The notes below the pieces were generated by a model, which was not told where the DNA came from, searched no databases, and worked only from the letters and a program-made list of their open reading frames with translations. Source: Zootoca vivipara (Eukaryota). Taken from it: DNA of 64,000 bases. The position numbers and the translations under genes were made by a program. The stretch covers positions 47,740,001 to 47,804,000 of the forward strand of contig NC_083280.1 of NCBI RefSeq assembly GCF_963506605.1. The letters are read 5' to 3'. Below are positions 37,747 to 50,051 of the stretch, piece after piece; positions within the stretch are counted from its first letter, which is position 1, and each line of letters opens with the position of its first letter.

Positions 37747-37831
37747 TAGATATACACTGTTTCACTCATTGCCGTCAAACTCAGACATGCGGCAAAATAT
37801 ATGTTGGGTCAGATTCATTCAACAGTGCTCT
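37026..37831. repeat. Inverted duplication, ~78-bp arms (37026-37103 and 37752-37831)
   Basis: Arms are reverse complements with 3 substitutions and one 2-nt indel. Confidence 0.92.
37675..37752. repeat. (CT)n plus (AGAT)n microsatellite
   Basis: Direct reading; about 13 GATA units. Confidence 0.95.
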
Positions 37832-39142
37832 TCTCATGGCTTTCATGCCACATAACTATGAGATGAACTCAGCAAAAGTCAAATCGTTCCACCCATAGCT
37901 CAATCTGAAGAACTCCCTTTTTAAGGAATTCTAGTGTAAAATGTATTTAATATGCATGTGCGTTGTCATGAATGAAGTGTATTTTGCTGGGAAATAATCA
38001 ACTTTGTGACAAAACTAGATAAGACAGCCAGACATAGGGTTTCCAGAGAAACTCCAGGGCTGTTAATAGTTGTACAGAAATAATGGGGGGGCAGCTCCTG
38101 CTTAACATAGCTTACTGTTGCTACCCCCATAGCCTACAGGGGGGGTATGGGATTGTTGTTTATATTTTGATTATGTATTTTGTGGTTTTATATTTTGATT
38201 TTAGTCTGTGAACCACCCTGAGACCTCCGGGTATATAAATTCAATAATAATAATAATAATGATAATAATACTGCTCAGATTCAGAAGCATAAAACAAGAG
38301 GATGTGCCAACAAATAAGCTTCCTCACCATGCTCAACTAAAATGTCTCAATGGCTTTTCAGAAGGCTCATCACTGAAGATGGAAGGTAGTAGTTCTTTTG
38401 CCCCTTTCCTTTTTGGGCTTCCCTGCTGAGTTTGTCATGAGGGATGCCAATTAATGCCTATTTTTGTGTTGCTTAGTGGGGTGTGGACACTCTTCTGTTT
38501 AAAGTTGATGAGAAGCGCAACTCACTGTGCCCATTGACAGCTCAGCAGCTGTCACATAGTGATGCCACGCGAGTGACCTCCTATAGTCTCGGTGTGGATT
38601 TGAATAAGCAATCATAGAAGTGGAAAGCTTAGAGTAGCCTTGGACACCTGACCCTTTGAAAAGCCAACACTATTAAGAACTGACAGCTTTTCCTGCCTGA
38701 TGTATCACATTTGATATGAAAAGGAAGATTGTCTAGCACCAGGCAAGCCCAGAAACCAAAGTCATCCCTGCATAACACTACGGCTAGGAATGGATCGGGA
38801 ATCTGTATTACATGGATTTATAGCTGGAATGTGGTTGATCCAATCTGATTAGGCTTTTTTTTGCACTGGACTGCCTCTTTCATGAAGTGCCCCCTTATGT
38901 TTGAGCGACTTGTGCATTGTAATTATTTTTAAGCCTGACTGTTTATATGCAAATTTTTGCAAAAATGTGTATATTATGCAAATAATATGTATGAAAAGAG
39001 TCAGGTCCCATGCTGTACTATATTTCTGCTGTGTAATTTTTTAAGCATATTAATGCACATGCATTTTATACAGTTTATACACATTATTGCATATATACGT
39101 ACAAGTTGTTTTAGGAAACTGGGAGTGCATATGAGCATAATA

Positions 39143-39426
39143 CAGTGGTGCTTCGCTAGAAGAATGCCCTGTAAGACAAATTTTTCACTTAACGAAGAGC
39201 TTTTCGAGCAGAGGTTGCCTTGCAAGACGAATTCATTTTGCAAAAAAAATTGTCTAGCAAATCACGGTTTCCCATAGGAATGCTTTGAAATTCAATTAAT
39301 GCGTTCCTATGGGCAAAAAATAAAAATAAAAAATTCAATGCATTCCTATGGGATTCGCTAGACGAATTTTTCGCAAAACGAATTGACTCACAGAACAAAT
39401 TAAATTCGTCTAGCGAGGCACCAATG
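39143..39426. mobile_element. Tc1/mariner (Tigger-like) MITE
   Basis: TIR CAGTGGTGCTTCGCTAGAAGAAT / ATTCGTCTAGCGAGGCACCAATG; TA TSD; internal CCCATAGGAATGC / GCRTTCCTATGGG inverted motifs. Confidence 0.88.
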
Positions 39427-40717
39427 TATGTGTATAATACTGTATGTATAATAATGAACATAATACAATGCATATAAAATATACAAGAATCATTTTTATT
39501 GGTATGATAGGGCATGGGATCTTGTCTTGATTTTCATCAATATTAAGGAGAGAGACAGGAATTAGAAAAAAAAATCCATGTGTGTAATTTCAATATTGAG
39601 ATTCTCAGAAAACTCCATCTGTATCTATGTCACACTAGCTAGTTCTAATGAAAAATAAAGCATTTGATCAGAGGAGACATCACAACACACGGCCAACACA
39701 CATTCATTCCATATGGCAGAGGGAAATGAAATTCTACTTCTTTAGTAGCATACAGATAATACAGATTTCACTTTATGGAACCAAGCAACCAGGGAAGAAA
39801 TCCAAAATACAGTTACCAGGTGGAGGGTTATAAGCTGTTATGTGCAGCTATAAAGTGGGATAGCTTCAGTTTTTCTGGAACCAACAAGCAGCCCAGAGGT
39901 GTTTTCACGGCAGGATTTTCACCAAAAATGGCAGCACGATTGTGAAATGCTTGCAAAATCCTACAGCTCCTCCATATCCAATACTTGCAGACAACTGTCA
40001 TGTGCTTGAGACTGGGGGTGGGGGGTGGAGTACAGCATCAGACATTTATATAAGGCTGAGGTTGAACCCAGTCCCAAGCATATTTAGGGAAGGATAGGCA
40101 ATCTCGCCCACAAGCTGCCAAAATGTTGCACCAGCAAATGGAGGGTATATTTTAGCTCTAGGAAATAATAAAGAGTGTTGGATTAGATCATCCATTTCAG
40201 TTTCCCCATCTCTATGTAATGTGATTTAATTTAGCTGTATTCAAGTCAATAGACTAAATACAGCAAATCCAGTTACTTTGATTTAAGCCATTGACAGATT
40301 ACAGCATTAAGCAACTTATTTTTCAATCACCATCAAGCCTATGTTTGCTATGTTCCCATGTCATTAAGTTGGCCCAAAAGCCACTCTAGTTAAAGTCATT
40401 CTAGGGTTGATACTATGATATATGAAAGCATCCTTACTCTGCTATCATGCCATAATGAAACCTGCTTTGACGTTTATAATTCAAAATGGCTATGCAGTAA
40501 CATCTCTGGCTGCCACCTCAAAAAATGGCTTTAAATATTTTAAATAAACAAAACAAATATTTAGCAAGGTACTGCTTGATCTTATGTATGTTCATGCAGA
40601 TGTAATGAATATTACTCCCAAATATGTGTTCATAGGATTCCATCCTTAGGAGCTGTCAAGCTGGAATTCATAAAGTAACAGGAGAAAATCGAGGGGAGAG
40701 GGGGAACCTGCCACTGC

Positions 40718-40799
40718 TTCCTCCTCCTCCTCCTCCTCCTCCTCCTCCTCCTCCTCCTCTTCTTCTTCTTCTTCTTCTTCTTCTTCTTCTTCTTCTTCT
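40718..40799. repeat. Compound (CCT)n(CTT)n microsatellite
   Basis: About 80-bp pure pyrimidine tract. Confidence 0.97.
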
Positions 40800-41472
40800 G
40801 ATAACTAGCTAACTCATCTTTCATATATATCTGTCCCACTGTATCTATTCAGTTGTGGCACCAAACTGATGCTATTCAGCTTAGAAAACTGACATAGCAA
40901 AGCAATTTCTTTCGCACAGCAAAACTCAAGCAAAGTTAAGAAGATACCATCAGGGGGCTGGTAGATTTTGGCGAGGCAAGGCATATAAATAAATAATTAA
41001 GGGCAACCTAAAGGCACATTCTCTCTCGAAGGTGACATGGGAGAGAAAGAAATTGAACTTCGAATGTGCTGGATGCCTTAGATTCTGCCTCTAAAGAAAC
41101 AAGGCAAAAAAACCAGGCTTTTTTTTCATCATCAGGCTTTTTTATTATTATTGACGGCATATATAATGTGATACTTGGCTGCTCTCTGATTTATTTATTT
41201 TTTAAAAAAAGCCAACACATGGTATTTACTTGTTCAAAACTTTGTAATTCTCATCCTGCCTTTCTGAGAATAAGCAATCCCTCACCCTTTGATATAATTG
41301 GGCAATTATTTCTCAGCTTCAGAAGCCCTTCATTGGTCCCCTCAGTGTGTGTGTGGGCACCAGCACAGCCCCCAATTGTGGGTTTGTAGTGGTGTTTCCA
41401 GGGATGCTGTGGGTGGGGTTTTATTTGTCATTTTTGTATTTTCTGCTTTTGTGTCTTCCCCTCCTCCTAGGC

Positions 41473-41578
41473 CAGGGGTAGGCAACCTAAGGCCCATGGG
41501 CTAGATGCGGCCCAATCACCTTCTCAATCCGGCGGGACGGTGGACCAGCCCACGGCTGAAAAAGGTTGCTGACCCCTG
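41473..41578. mobile_element. 106-bp hAT MITE sharing one end with the 29996 element
   Basis: TIR CAGGGGTAGGCAACCT / AGGTTGCTGACCCCTG; perfect TSD TCCTAGGC; GGCAACCTAAGGCCCATGGGC equals the reverse complement of the right end of 29996-30389. Confidence 0.9.
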
Positions 41579-41644
41579 TCCTAGGCTGAGTGTGCATTGG
41601 ATATGGCTTCCATTACACTGGCACAGTGGTAGAAGATCTGCAGA

Positions 41645-41645
<1 letters not shown>

Positions 41646-41675
<30 letters not shown>

Positions 41676-41694
41676 TTCTCCTTCTCTTTCTCGT

Positions 41695-41724
<30 letters not shown>
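41646..41724. repeat. (CT)-rich plus (CA)n microsatellite
   Basis: Direct reading. Confidence 0.9.
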
Positions 41725-41725
<1 letters not shown>

Positions 41726-42291
41726 GCATAATGTGAGCATAAGATTGCTCTGTCAAGCCTGTGAAATGTATTTAATGTTGCAATTAAACATTGATATTAA
41801 ATGGAGTAATAACTAGATCTTTTCTTGGATATTTATTATCCCGGTAATATATTGCATGCATCGTTGCCTTTCTCTTATGGCATCTGTAAGCTGTTGTGAT
41901 TGGTTAAATATTCTAATACTGAAATGGGGAGGAATGATTATTAGATGTTCATTCACTGCTAATGAAGAAAACAGGACCAAAGCTTAATGACTTCACATTA
42001 GCATCCTAATTTCAGTTAAACATGGTTTGTTGGGGAGGAAGTGACTCGTTTACTTTCCTGTGTCTATCTTAAAAACATAGTTGTCCTCCAAGAAATTTCA
42101 GCCTTCAACTAGATAGAAGGAACCTTAAGGCCTCAAGTCTTAGACACACTAACCTGGGAATAAATTCCATGGAATTCAAACGGAAGCTCACTTCTGAGAA
42201 AGCATCAAGACTGTGTATTCTGCAACAAAATTTTAGTGCATTTTCATCTTACATCTCATCATGAATACTTTTCTCTCTCTCAGAATATATA

Positions 42292-42297
<6 letters not shown>

Positions 42298-42333
<36 letters not shown>
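42298..42333. repeat. (TG)n microsatellite
   Basis: About 17 units. Confidence 0.97.
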
Positions 42334-42337
<4 letters not shown>

Positions 42338-42502
42338 AACATTATTACCATCAGAGTGGTTGATCAAATGGCCAAGCATATTTACTAATCATGCAGTGTT
42401 ACGTTAACCATGGACAACATAAGGACAGCTATAATTTTCTAGCAGTGCAATCATATGCATGCAGAGGTGGTTTTAGGATAGCATAAGGTAGTTGTTTCTT
42501 GG

Positions 42503-42581
42503 TAGGAATGGGCAGTTCTGTTAATTTTAGTTTCTTCAAGTTTCTCATTTTTCCAGGCTTCAGTTTTCCACATCAGCCTGC

Positions 42582-42624
<43 letters not shown>

Positions 42625-42874
42625 TCATGAAAATTCACCAATATTTTAGTGCAAATTCCTCCTAAGGTGCACATGTTTCTATGCATTTTTTCCTAATACA
42701 GTACACTCATTTCTTGCAAAATGATTTTTCCTAATATAATGCATTTTGCATGCTATTTATGCACACTTTACTGCAGTATATGCTGTGTTTTAGTTCTCAT
42801 ATTGTTTTGGAAAGTGTGGAGCAGGGAGGTTCATCCTTAAATTGAAACTGAATTGCCTTTCTCCCCCATCTCTA
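42503..42874. mobile_element. Older TAG-terminated hAT non-autonomous element containing (ATC)n
   Basis: TIR TAGGAATGGG / CCCATCTCTA; perfect 8-bp TSD TTTCTTGG (42495-42502, 42875-42882); (ATC)n at 42583-42624. Confidence 0.75.
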
Positions 42875-43496
42875 TTTCTTGGTCTTCTTGAGCAACTCGT
42901 TAAAGTATAGCTTTTAAGAAACTTAAAAAATGAGTAAATCTGCTTTTTAAATTATATAGTTGATTCTGATGACATGGTTGTTGTTTTTTTAGAGAACTTT
43001 AAATGTAGATTTGCACGTTAGCTGCAGGTTGTGAGGAAGGTAAGCAAGCCAAATGATGTAAGCAAGCAAGCAAGAATGTAACTAGTGCTTTCTTCTCAAT
43101 ATGGTCTTCTTCTGCTCATGATCAGCAGGAGCAGAAGAAAAAAGGATAAGCTGTGTGGTAGGGTGACAAAGAAGCACAAGAAAGTACAATGGGTAAGGGG
43201 TATTGTGGTGGAAATGAGAGTAGCATTGGGTCTGAGGTGGATGTTTGTGTGTTGATCATCATAGCAGCTAATCTGGACTTAGGGGGTGAGGGTTACTGTG
43301 AGATATGGACAGGGTGATGAGGGCCAGAAGCCTCAGCAGTGGGCAGTGGATGTGGGAAGGGTGGTGGGAAAGGTATACACTTGATAACAATGGTGCCACA
43401 CAAATCTGTGAGCTACACATCTAGTGAAAAACATATGACATATGAAACATATGGAAAACATATGGTGTATATTGCATATGAGTGTATATTCCATAT

Positions 43497-44109
43497 GAGA
43501 GATTTTACTTTCTTGGGTTCCATGATCACTGCAGATGGTGACAGCAGTCACGAAAATTAAAAGACATTTGCTTCTTGGGAGAAAAGCAATGACAAACCTG
43601 GACAGCATCTTAAAAAGCAGAGACATCACCTTGCTACCAAAGGTCCACATAGTTAAAGCTATGGTTCTCCCAGTAGTGATGTATGGAAGTGAGAGCTGGA
43701 CCATAAAGAAGGCTGGTTGCCAAAGAATTGATGCTTTTGAATTATGGTGCTGGAGGAGACTCTTGAGTGTCCCATGGACTGCAAGAAGATCAAACCTATC
43801 CATTCTGAAGGAAATCAGCCCTGAGTGCTCACTGGAAGGACAGATCCTGAAGCTGAGGCTCCAATACCGGTACTTTGGCCACTTCATGAGAAGAGAAGAC
43901 TCCCTGGAAAAGACCCTGATGTTGGGAAAGATTGAGGGCACAAGGAGAAGGGGACGACAGAGGGCGAGATGGTTGGACAGTGTTATCGAAGCCACCAACA
44001 TGAGTCTGACCAAACTGTGGGAGGCAGTGGAAGACAGGGGTGCCTGGCATGCTCTGGTCCATGGGGTCACGAAGAGTCGGACACGACTAAATGACTAAAC
44101 AACAACAAC
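43497..44109 (+). mobile_element. BovB (RTE) LINE, 5'-truncated
   Basis: DFTFLGSMITADGDSSHE, 1-nt frameshift, then IKRHLLLGRKAMTNLDSILKSRDITL...RIDAFELWCWRRLL...EKTLMLGKIEG..RRGRQR.RWLD...GVTKSRTRLND*; (CAA)n tail; TSD ATATT(G/C)CATATGA. Confidence 0.97.
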
Positions 44110-46111
44110 ATATTGCATATGACTTCACAGTCTTGATGTGGCTGAGGTCAGTCCCTCTGAAGGAACCTCTGAAGTCATGTAGCCAAGTCCTAGTGCTGCA
44201 TGGTACCAATGAGAAACAGGTTGTGTGTAACTGTGTTTGCAAGTAAAAACCCCTCTTTACTTTAAGCAAATAGAGTTCCAGATTGCCTTTACGATGATAG
44301 AAATTTGAATATTAACTCTCTGTGAAATTTACCTTTGAATATTTGGCTTTAACGGCTCTGGTTTCTTTCATTTCCTTTCAACTTGCCTTTAAATATTATG
44401 TCTCAAAAACAAACACACCATAACTTGTTTATGATCTTCTTTTTTACTATCATAAAGCAGGCCTTTCATTCCTGCTGGAAACCCGCTCAGCTATGCGTGG
44501 CACCTAAGTATAAATTTCAAAAAGCAAACCAATAACACAAAAAGGGGCTAACGCTGAATTAATGATAACTGAGCACCAAAATCACAACAGACAAATTGGT
44601 AAGCCCTTCTCTGAATTAGTTCCAATCAGAATTCACATGTTGTGAGTTTAGAAAATTTGCCCACTTCAGACTTCACAATGAATATTCAATTTAGCTCTCT
44701 TTCTCACTACTTAGCCCTGCAGAAACAGAAGTGTCACCCCAAAGACAAGTTGTTCAGTGCTCCAGTAGCAATCCCAGAGACAATTTCAGAGAGCACAGGA
44801 CCTTTATGATGCAAGAATAAAAGCAAACTCAGGGAAAATACGTGGGGAGAGTCAAAGGGAGCAGTGCGGAGCGGAGTCAGGGCTTTTTCACCTGCCTCCT
44901 CTTATCTGTACAATCCTGACCTCGGGGGTTGCCTTTCCTGCTTTCAAAATCTAACTGACACCTCAGCTGTAGTCCCAAGTGTAGCACAAGATCAACTTGG
45001 AAAGGCTTTCCACATAAAGTATTGTTGGAAAAATGGGAACTGGCAGTCTCATTCATCCTAAATAAGTCTAAAACATAGAATGCATTCCAGATTGCATTTA
45101 ATAATTCTTTTACTATGGCCTGCATAGCCTGGGTGTGCAGAGCACTAAAATGGTGGTTTTCTTTTTGTATTTTCACCGCCAATAAATAGTAAATAAGTTT
45201 TCAGACTAATACCCAGCCCACTGCCACCACTGCAATCAGCTTGGTATTATAATGGTATGCCGTGCCTGACCTCCTCAATTGGCTTATGAAACAGAGATGG
45301 GGAGGGGGAGCCTGAAAGAAGCAGATGCAGAGCATTTATTTTATTCTTTAATTGGTTTTTGTTGTGAGCAATGCAGACAGACAGACAAAATGACTTTCAG
45401 TGTCTGAATTCCCCCCTAAGGTTAGAGTGACAGAATGCGGCTAGCCAATGTCAAGGTGTCCTTAAAGCCATGCTCAGCACCCTCTCTGCATGATGAATTC
45501 CACAGTAACAGCCTTTTTTTCTGTTTGGGTGAATGCCCTTTGCTTACATGCTGAAGGTGGATTAGGATGCTTACAGGTTGTGTTGGTGAGCTGGCTAGAT
45601 TAGCTGTCCACCTGAGTTCCTCATGGGGAATTTGATCATGCAGCCGATCCCCGAAGAAAGCAGATTTGCTAGCCCTATGCTCATCACTTGGGGAGCGCTG
45701 ATGATAGGGCTCGGGGATCACTCTGCTTGGCACTTTGACAAGCCACCTGTCAAAGATGGCCTGTGGGACAGATTAGGAGCCGGAGCTCCTGAAAAAATGT
45801 AGTAGTGATGGGGTAAGTTATGGAACAGTAACTGGTTAAAGAGCCTGAAGCAGAGAGCAGGAATAAAATTATACTTCTCACAATGGAAGGAAAGAAGTGA
45901 GGTCCACAAAGGATTTGTATCAGGACTCTTGCCTTTTAACTTGTTCATTAACAATTCGAAATTAGAGTTGAGCAGTGAGGTGGGCAAGTTTGCTGAGGTC
46001 TGACACCAAGTTATTCAGGGGTTAGTAACAGAAAGGGATTGCAAACAGTTTATTGTGAATTATAAAAGATTCACATATGTGCCATTTTACTTCATATAAC
46101 TGAATTGACTA

Positions 46112-46275
46112 TGAACTCGGCTATACAGCTGCAAATACAACGTTTTAAGTGTGTTTTAAGTGCATTATACAAATGTGACACTAGATGGCGATGGTGAGCT
46201 TAATGGCAAATTATTTTTCAATGCGCTTTTAAAAAAAGCATTTTCACAGCGTTTTTTTATGTGTGTCTTGATTCC
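46112..46275. mobile_element. MITE-like element, possibly PIF/Harbinger, related to 53400-53560
   Basis: Ends GAACTCGGCTATAC...GTGTCTTGAT resemble the reverse complement of the 53400 element. Confidence 0.4.
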
Positions 46276-47053
46276 ACCTATATTTACAATGTATCAGGAG
46301 AAGAGCCAGTGGATGGTTGGTTGCATTATGCCAAAATCAATGTGCGCTTTCATAAGTGAGGTCCTGGTTATTTATATAAATACAGAGAATTGAAATCTGA
46401 TGTATTTAATTGGCTAAAGAAATGGACATTCTGACCACAGTGGAAGGGGAATCTGTGTGCACCTTGAAGGAGAGGTCAGGAGATTTAACTAAGAGAGAGC
46501 TGGAAGCCGGACCAGCTAAGGGTCAGTGTGGCTTAAAGAGGCCTGGAGAGCCTCAAGAAAAACCCAAATAGCTGCAATTACTGGCTTGAACAGGAGAAAG
46601 CTGTGAGGATTAGGATACTTTTCAGGAGACAGTCTTTGAAGGGGCATGGAAGCCAAAAGTCACCCTGGAGTGTTGAGTTCCTGAGACAACAGAGGATTGC
46701 TGGACCAGGAGGAGAATTTCAGCAGGAGCCCTGAATACAATGGGCTCCAGAAGCTCTAAAAGAATCTTTCCAAAGTGTTGACAAGTGAGCAATTCAATGG
46801 AAAATGCAATTTAATGTAAGTTAAGTGCAAGATTATGCACAGTGAGGCAAAATGTCCTAACTTTACATATCACTGATGGAATCTGAGCTGGCAGACTAGC
46901 TACAGGTAGGTAAGAGCTCTAGGTGGATAACTGAATAACTATGCAGCAGCTGTGGCCAAGGCTAATTCCATGTTAGTGACCATTAGGAAAGGATATCAAA
47001 ATAAAAATAATGTAATGCAATGTGAACTTGAAATACTGTGTATTTTTCTGCTT

Positions 47054-47290
47054 GTTGTTGTTGTTTAGTCGTTTAGTCGTGTCCGACTCTTCGTGACCCC
47101 ATGGACCATAGCACGCCAGGCACTCCTGTCTTGCACTGCCTCCCGCAGTTTGGTCAGACTCATGTTTGTAGCCTCGAGAACACTGTCCAACCATCTTGTC
47201 CTCTGACGTCCCCTTCTCCTAGTGCCCTCAATCTTTCCCAACATCAGGGTCTTTTCCAAGGATTCTTCTCTTCTCATGAGGTGGCCAAAG
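47054..47290 (-). mobile_element. BovB 3' fragment
   Basis: ORF 47065..47277 MRREESLEKTLMLGKIEG...GVTKSRTRLND; (CAA)n tail; perfect TSD TATTTTTCTGCTT (47041-47053, 47291-47303). Confidence 0.97.
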
Positions 47291-50051
47291 TATTTTTCTG
47301 CTTACTGTATCTCAAAAAACACATTGTAGAGCTAAGGAAAGCACAGAAAAAGACAACTAAATGGACCAGGTCACAGTCATTGAAATTAATCCAGCCTCAC
47401 TAGGCCAGATGGTGCTCTAGATGCCTCCATCAGATGTGTCCAAACTGTAGTGTCTAATTTTGAATTAATATGAGCAATTTTATCTTCAAAGTGCCTAGGA
47501 AACTGATCACAGCAGACTACTGGGGGTGCCATCAACTCTTCTTCCTGGGCAGTTCCCACGAGCCACTATCTCTACACAGAAAAGCTTTATAGGGCAGCTA
47601 CTTGAGGATGCAATGATGCTGGTGACAACTTCCACATGGTAGGCACATGTTGTCCTTCATCATTTGCAGCTCCCCAGAATACCAGGGGACTCTGTGGGCC
47701 CTGCAATTTCAGAGAGAGCATTTAGGAGTGATCCTGTCAAGAGCCCTTTCCACCTACAAGTTCTACAGTGAGACCAGAGCATCAACAAAAGTACCAATGG
47801 TGTTGGCCAGAAGGTCTCCCAGAGCTACCACCAGGCTCAGAGGTTAGAGGCATCAAAAGTCATTTTGTCCAACCCCCTGCCAATCCAGGAAATCCACAAC
47901 TACAGAATTACTAGTTGTTGTAGAACAATAGCAGGAGCTGACTACTGTCCTCAAGTCTGCTTCTGGGCATCCAAGAGGAGATTGGTTGGTGACAACCAGA
48001 AACAGGATGCTGGAGTAGATGGACGTAGGATTTGATCCATCTCCCCCAACCCCTGCCCTGAGGCACCAAGAATTGTCAGAAACAATAATAATTGCTTTCA
48101 TTAAAGAACAGGATTTTCACCCCTGGCAGTGGGCCTTGAATCATATTTTACTTCACCAGTCATCCAAACCATTATACTTTACTAAAACAATATTAGTACT
48201 GAAAGAAGAAGAAAAGGTGGGGAAAGGAAATCTGTATTACTTCAGTGACTCATAACAAAACCACCTAACCTCGCAGGAGATGTAACATATCCACAGTTGG
48301 TGTTGCTGAAAATGCTTCATGCGTATGCATCTCCCAGACTATTAATAAAATCCTAATTATGCACCCTGGGTGGGAAGCTCTTAATCATCATAGTGATCTT
48401 AATTAGGATTGATTTGTAGTCCAGCTGAGAGTTCTTCCTTTGCCACAGGAGATACCTGTTTGCAGACAAGTATGGCATTAATCTGAAAAGGGGGGTTGGG
48501 GTGAAATGAGGTTTTGTTTCCTATTTGCTTACTCCTGAATATCATTATTACAGGCTATCAGACAAAAAGGAAGCCCCTTCGTACTCATTTCTTTTTTCCC
48601 TTTGCAAAAATCTCTCTGCCTTTCTTCACTTTGTGCTTTATCCAAAATATATACTCTCTGTTTCCTAAGCATGTGCTCACTGAGTAGACATCCAGTCAAT
48701 TGCCAGATTTGTGCATTTTCAAAATGATGAACACTGAGGGGTAAACAAAATATTTTATAAGATAGCCCATTTGTTAAACATATGGGGTGCAGTTCTTCTG
48801 CTGAAATCACTAACAAAACCCACATTTTCTTTCTACTGGGCAATCTTCCTTTGCCTACAATTACATTACTCAAAGGGCTAAATTTAGTATCTTTGCATTG
48901 GAAAAGTACCTTTACATTGGATTTTGATTACTTGAGGTCAGCTAACTGAATTTTATTTAAACAGCCTTATCTGGCACACCCACAAAGCGCAATTATGTAT
49001 TTGGATTTTCTGTCGTGAATTTTGAAGCAAGATTCATGAGAAGAATCTCCTCGGTGATCAGCAGCTGAAGAACTGGATTTGGGGTCTACACATCTTAGCT
49101 TGTGGCAACCTTGCATCTTAGTCTAACGCCCAGTGATTTTCTTTAGACTACCCATTGAGCTTCGAGCGGACCTGGTTTACCACATCCAAATCCCGCAATC
49201 AACTCATGGTACCTTACTGGCTCTCACTGCTGCTGAAGGGGCAGGCCTTGAAGATGATGGTGTGCTGGATTCTTAATATGATCCATCCATCGTTGGTAGT
49301 TTTTATGAGAATGGCTACACAGCCTATGGGAGGAAATCCAACTACTAGACATATTGTATGGCAATTTTGAAAGAACAACTGGTTTATAGCTTTGCCCACC
49401 TTATTTATGGCTACCTATGACATTCAGCTCAATAGTGCAGATGTTATCAGTGCTAAGAGGAGGCAAGACTGTGGTGTTTTATCCCCCTCTAATGGTGACT
49501 TGCAGATACTCATGTGATATATTCTTACCTTCCTTGTTGCAGTGCAAGAATCGAGGAATCTAGATTTTGGCATGCTGAGAATCTCACATCATATTTATAA
49601 CAAAATACAAGCATCTAGCCCTCATTAATGTGAAGCTTGGAAATATGTGAGCAGTATCTGTACCTGGCATTTAAAATAAGGGTGAGGGGCTTCCCTTCTC
49701 TGCAATGTCTCTGGTACTCACCATGTGGGTAATTTAAAGCTTTCCCCAAACAATTTTGTTAGGATGATTTAATACAAAATTCAGTGAAGGAAAAAGTAAA
49801 TGGGGGAAATAACAAATGTGATTAGTAGAAGATCACATTTTTTTGTTTGTGGCTAACACTAAGCTGAAATGTCCACATGGTGTGTGTTAACCCTGTTTTT
49901 CCATTTCTGGCACTCAACAAGGGATTAGATCTCAGAATTATCCTTGTGCATGCCTTACATTATTACTAAATGTAAGTTGGGTAGCCCAGTGGCTACAACT
50001 GTACTGTCTTCACAACTGTATAGAATGGTGGTTTTCTCAAATACAGCCTGT

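Larger units (their letters stand above)
45785..47370 (+). mobile_element. Old fragmented CR1 RT region with nested insertions
   Basis: Decayed FSQW..VPQG..LFNLFIN..KFADDTKLF coding sequence (45870-46048) resumes at ~46750 with W.MQFNV.KCKIMH; interrupted by ~700 bp of other sequence and by BovB. Confidence 0.75.

Noticed and set aside
40630-40839. Poly-Lys/poly-Arg protamine-like ORF
   Set aside because: Translation of the (CTT)n(CCT)n microsatellite
43333-44070. 245-aa ORF, the longest in the window
   Set aside because: Antisense shadow of the BovB ORF
45490-45554. C/D box snoRNA (ATGATGA...CTGA)
   Set aside because: No convincing terminal stem or recognisable rRNA guide; such boxes are common by chance
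45646-45719. Canonical hammerhead ribozyme call
   Set aside because: Stems I and II do not close directly on the core; kept only as an unexplained structure
49529-49663. Minus-strand exon with a strong AAG|GTAAGA donor
   Set aside because: Stops in all three frames and no other support
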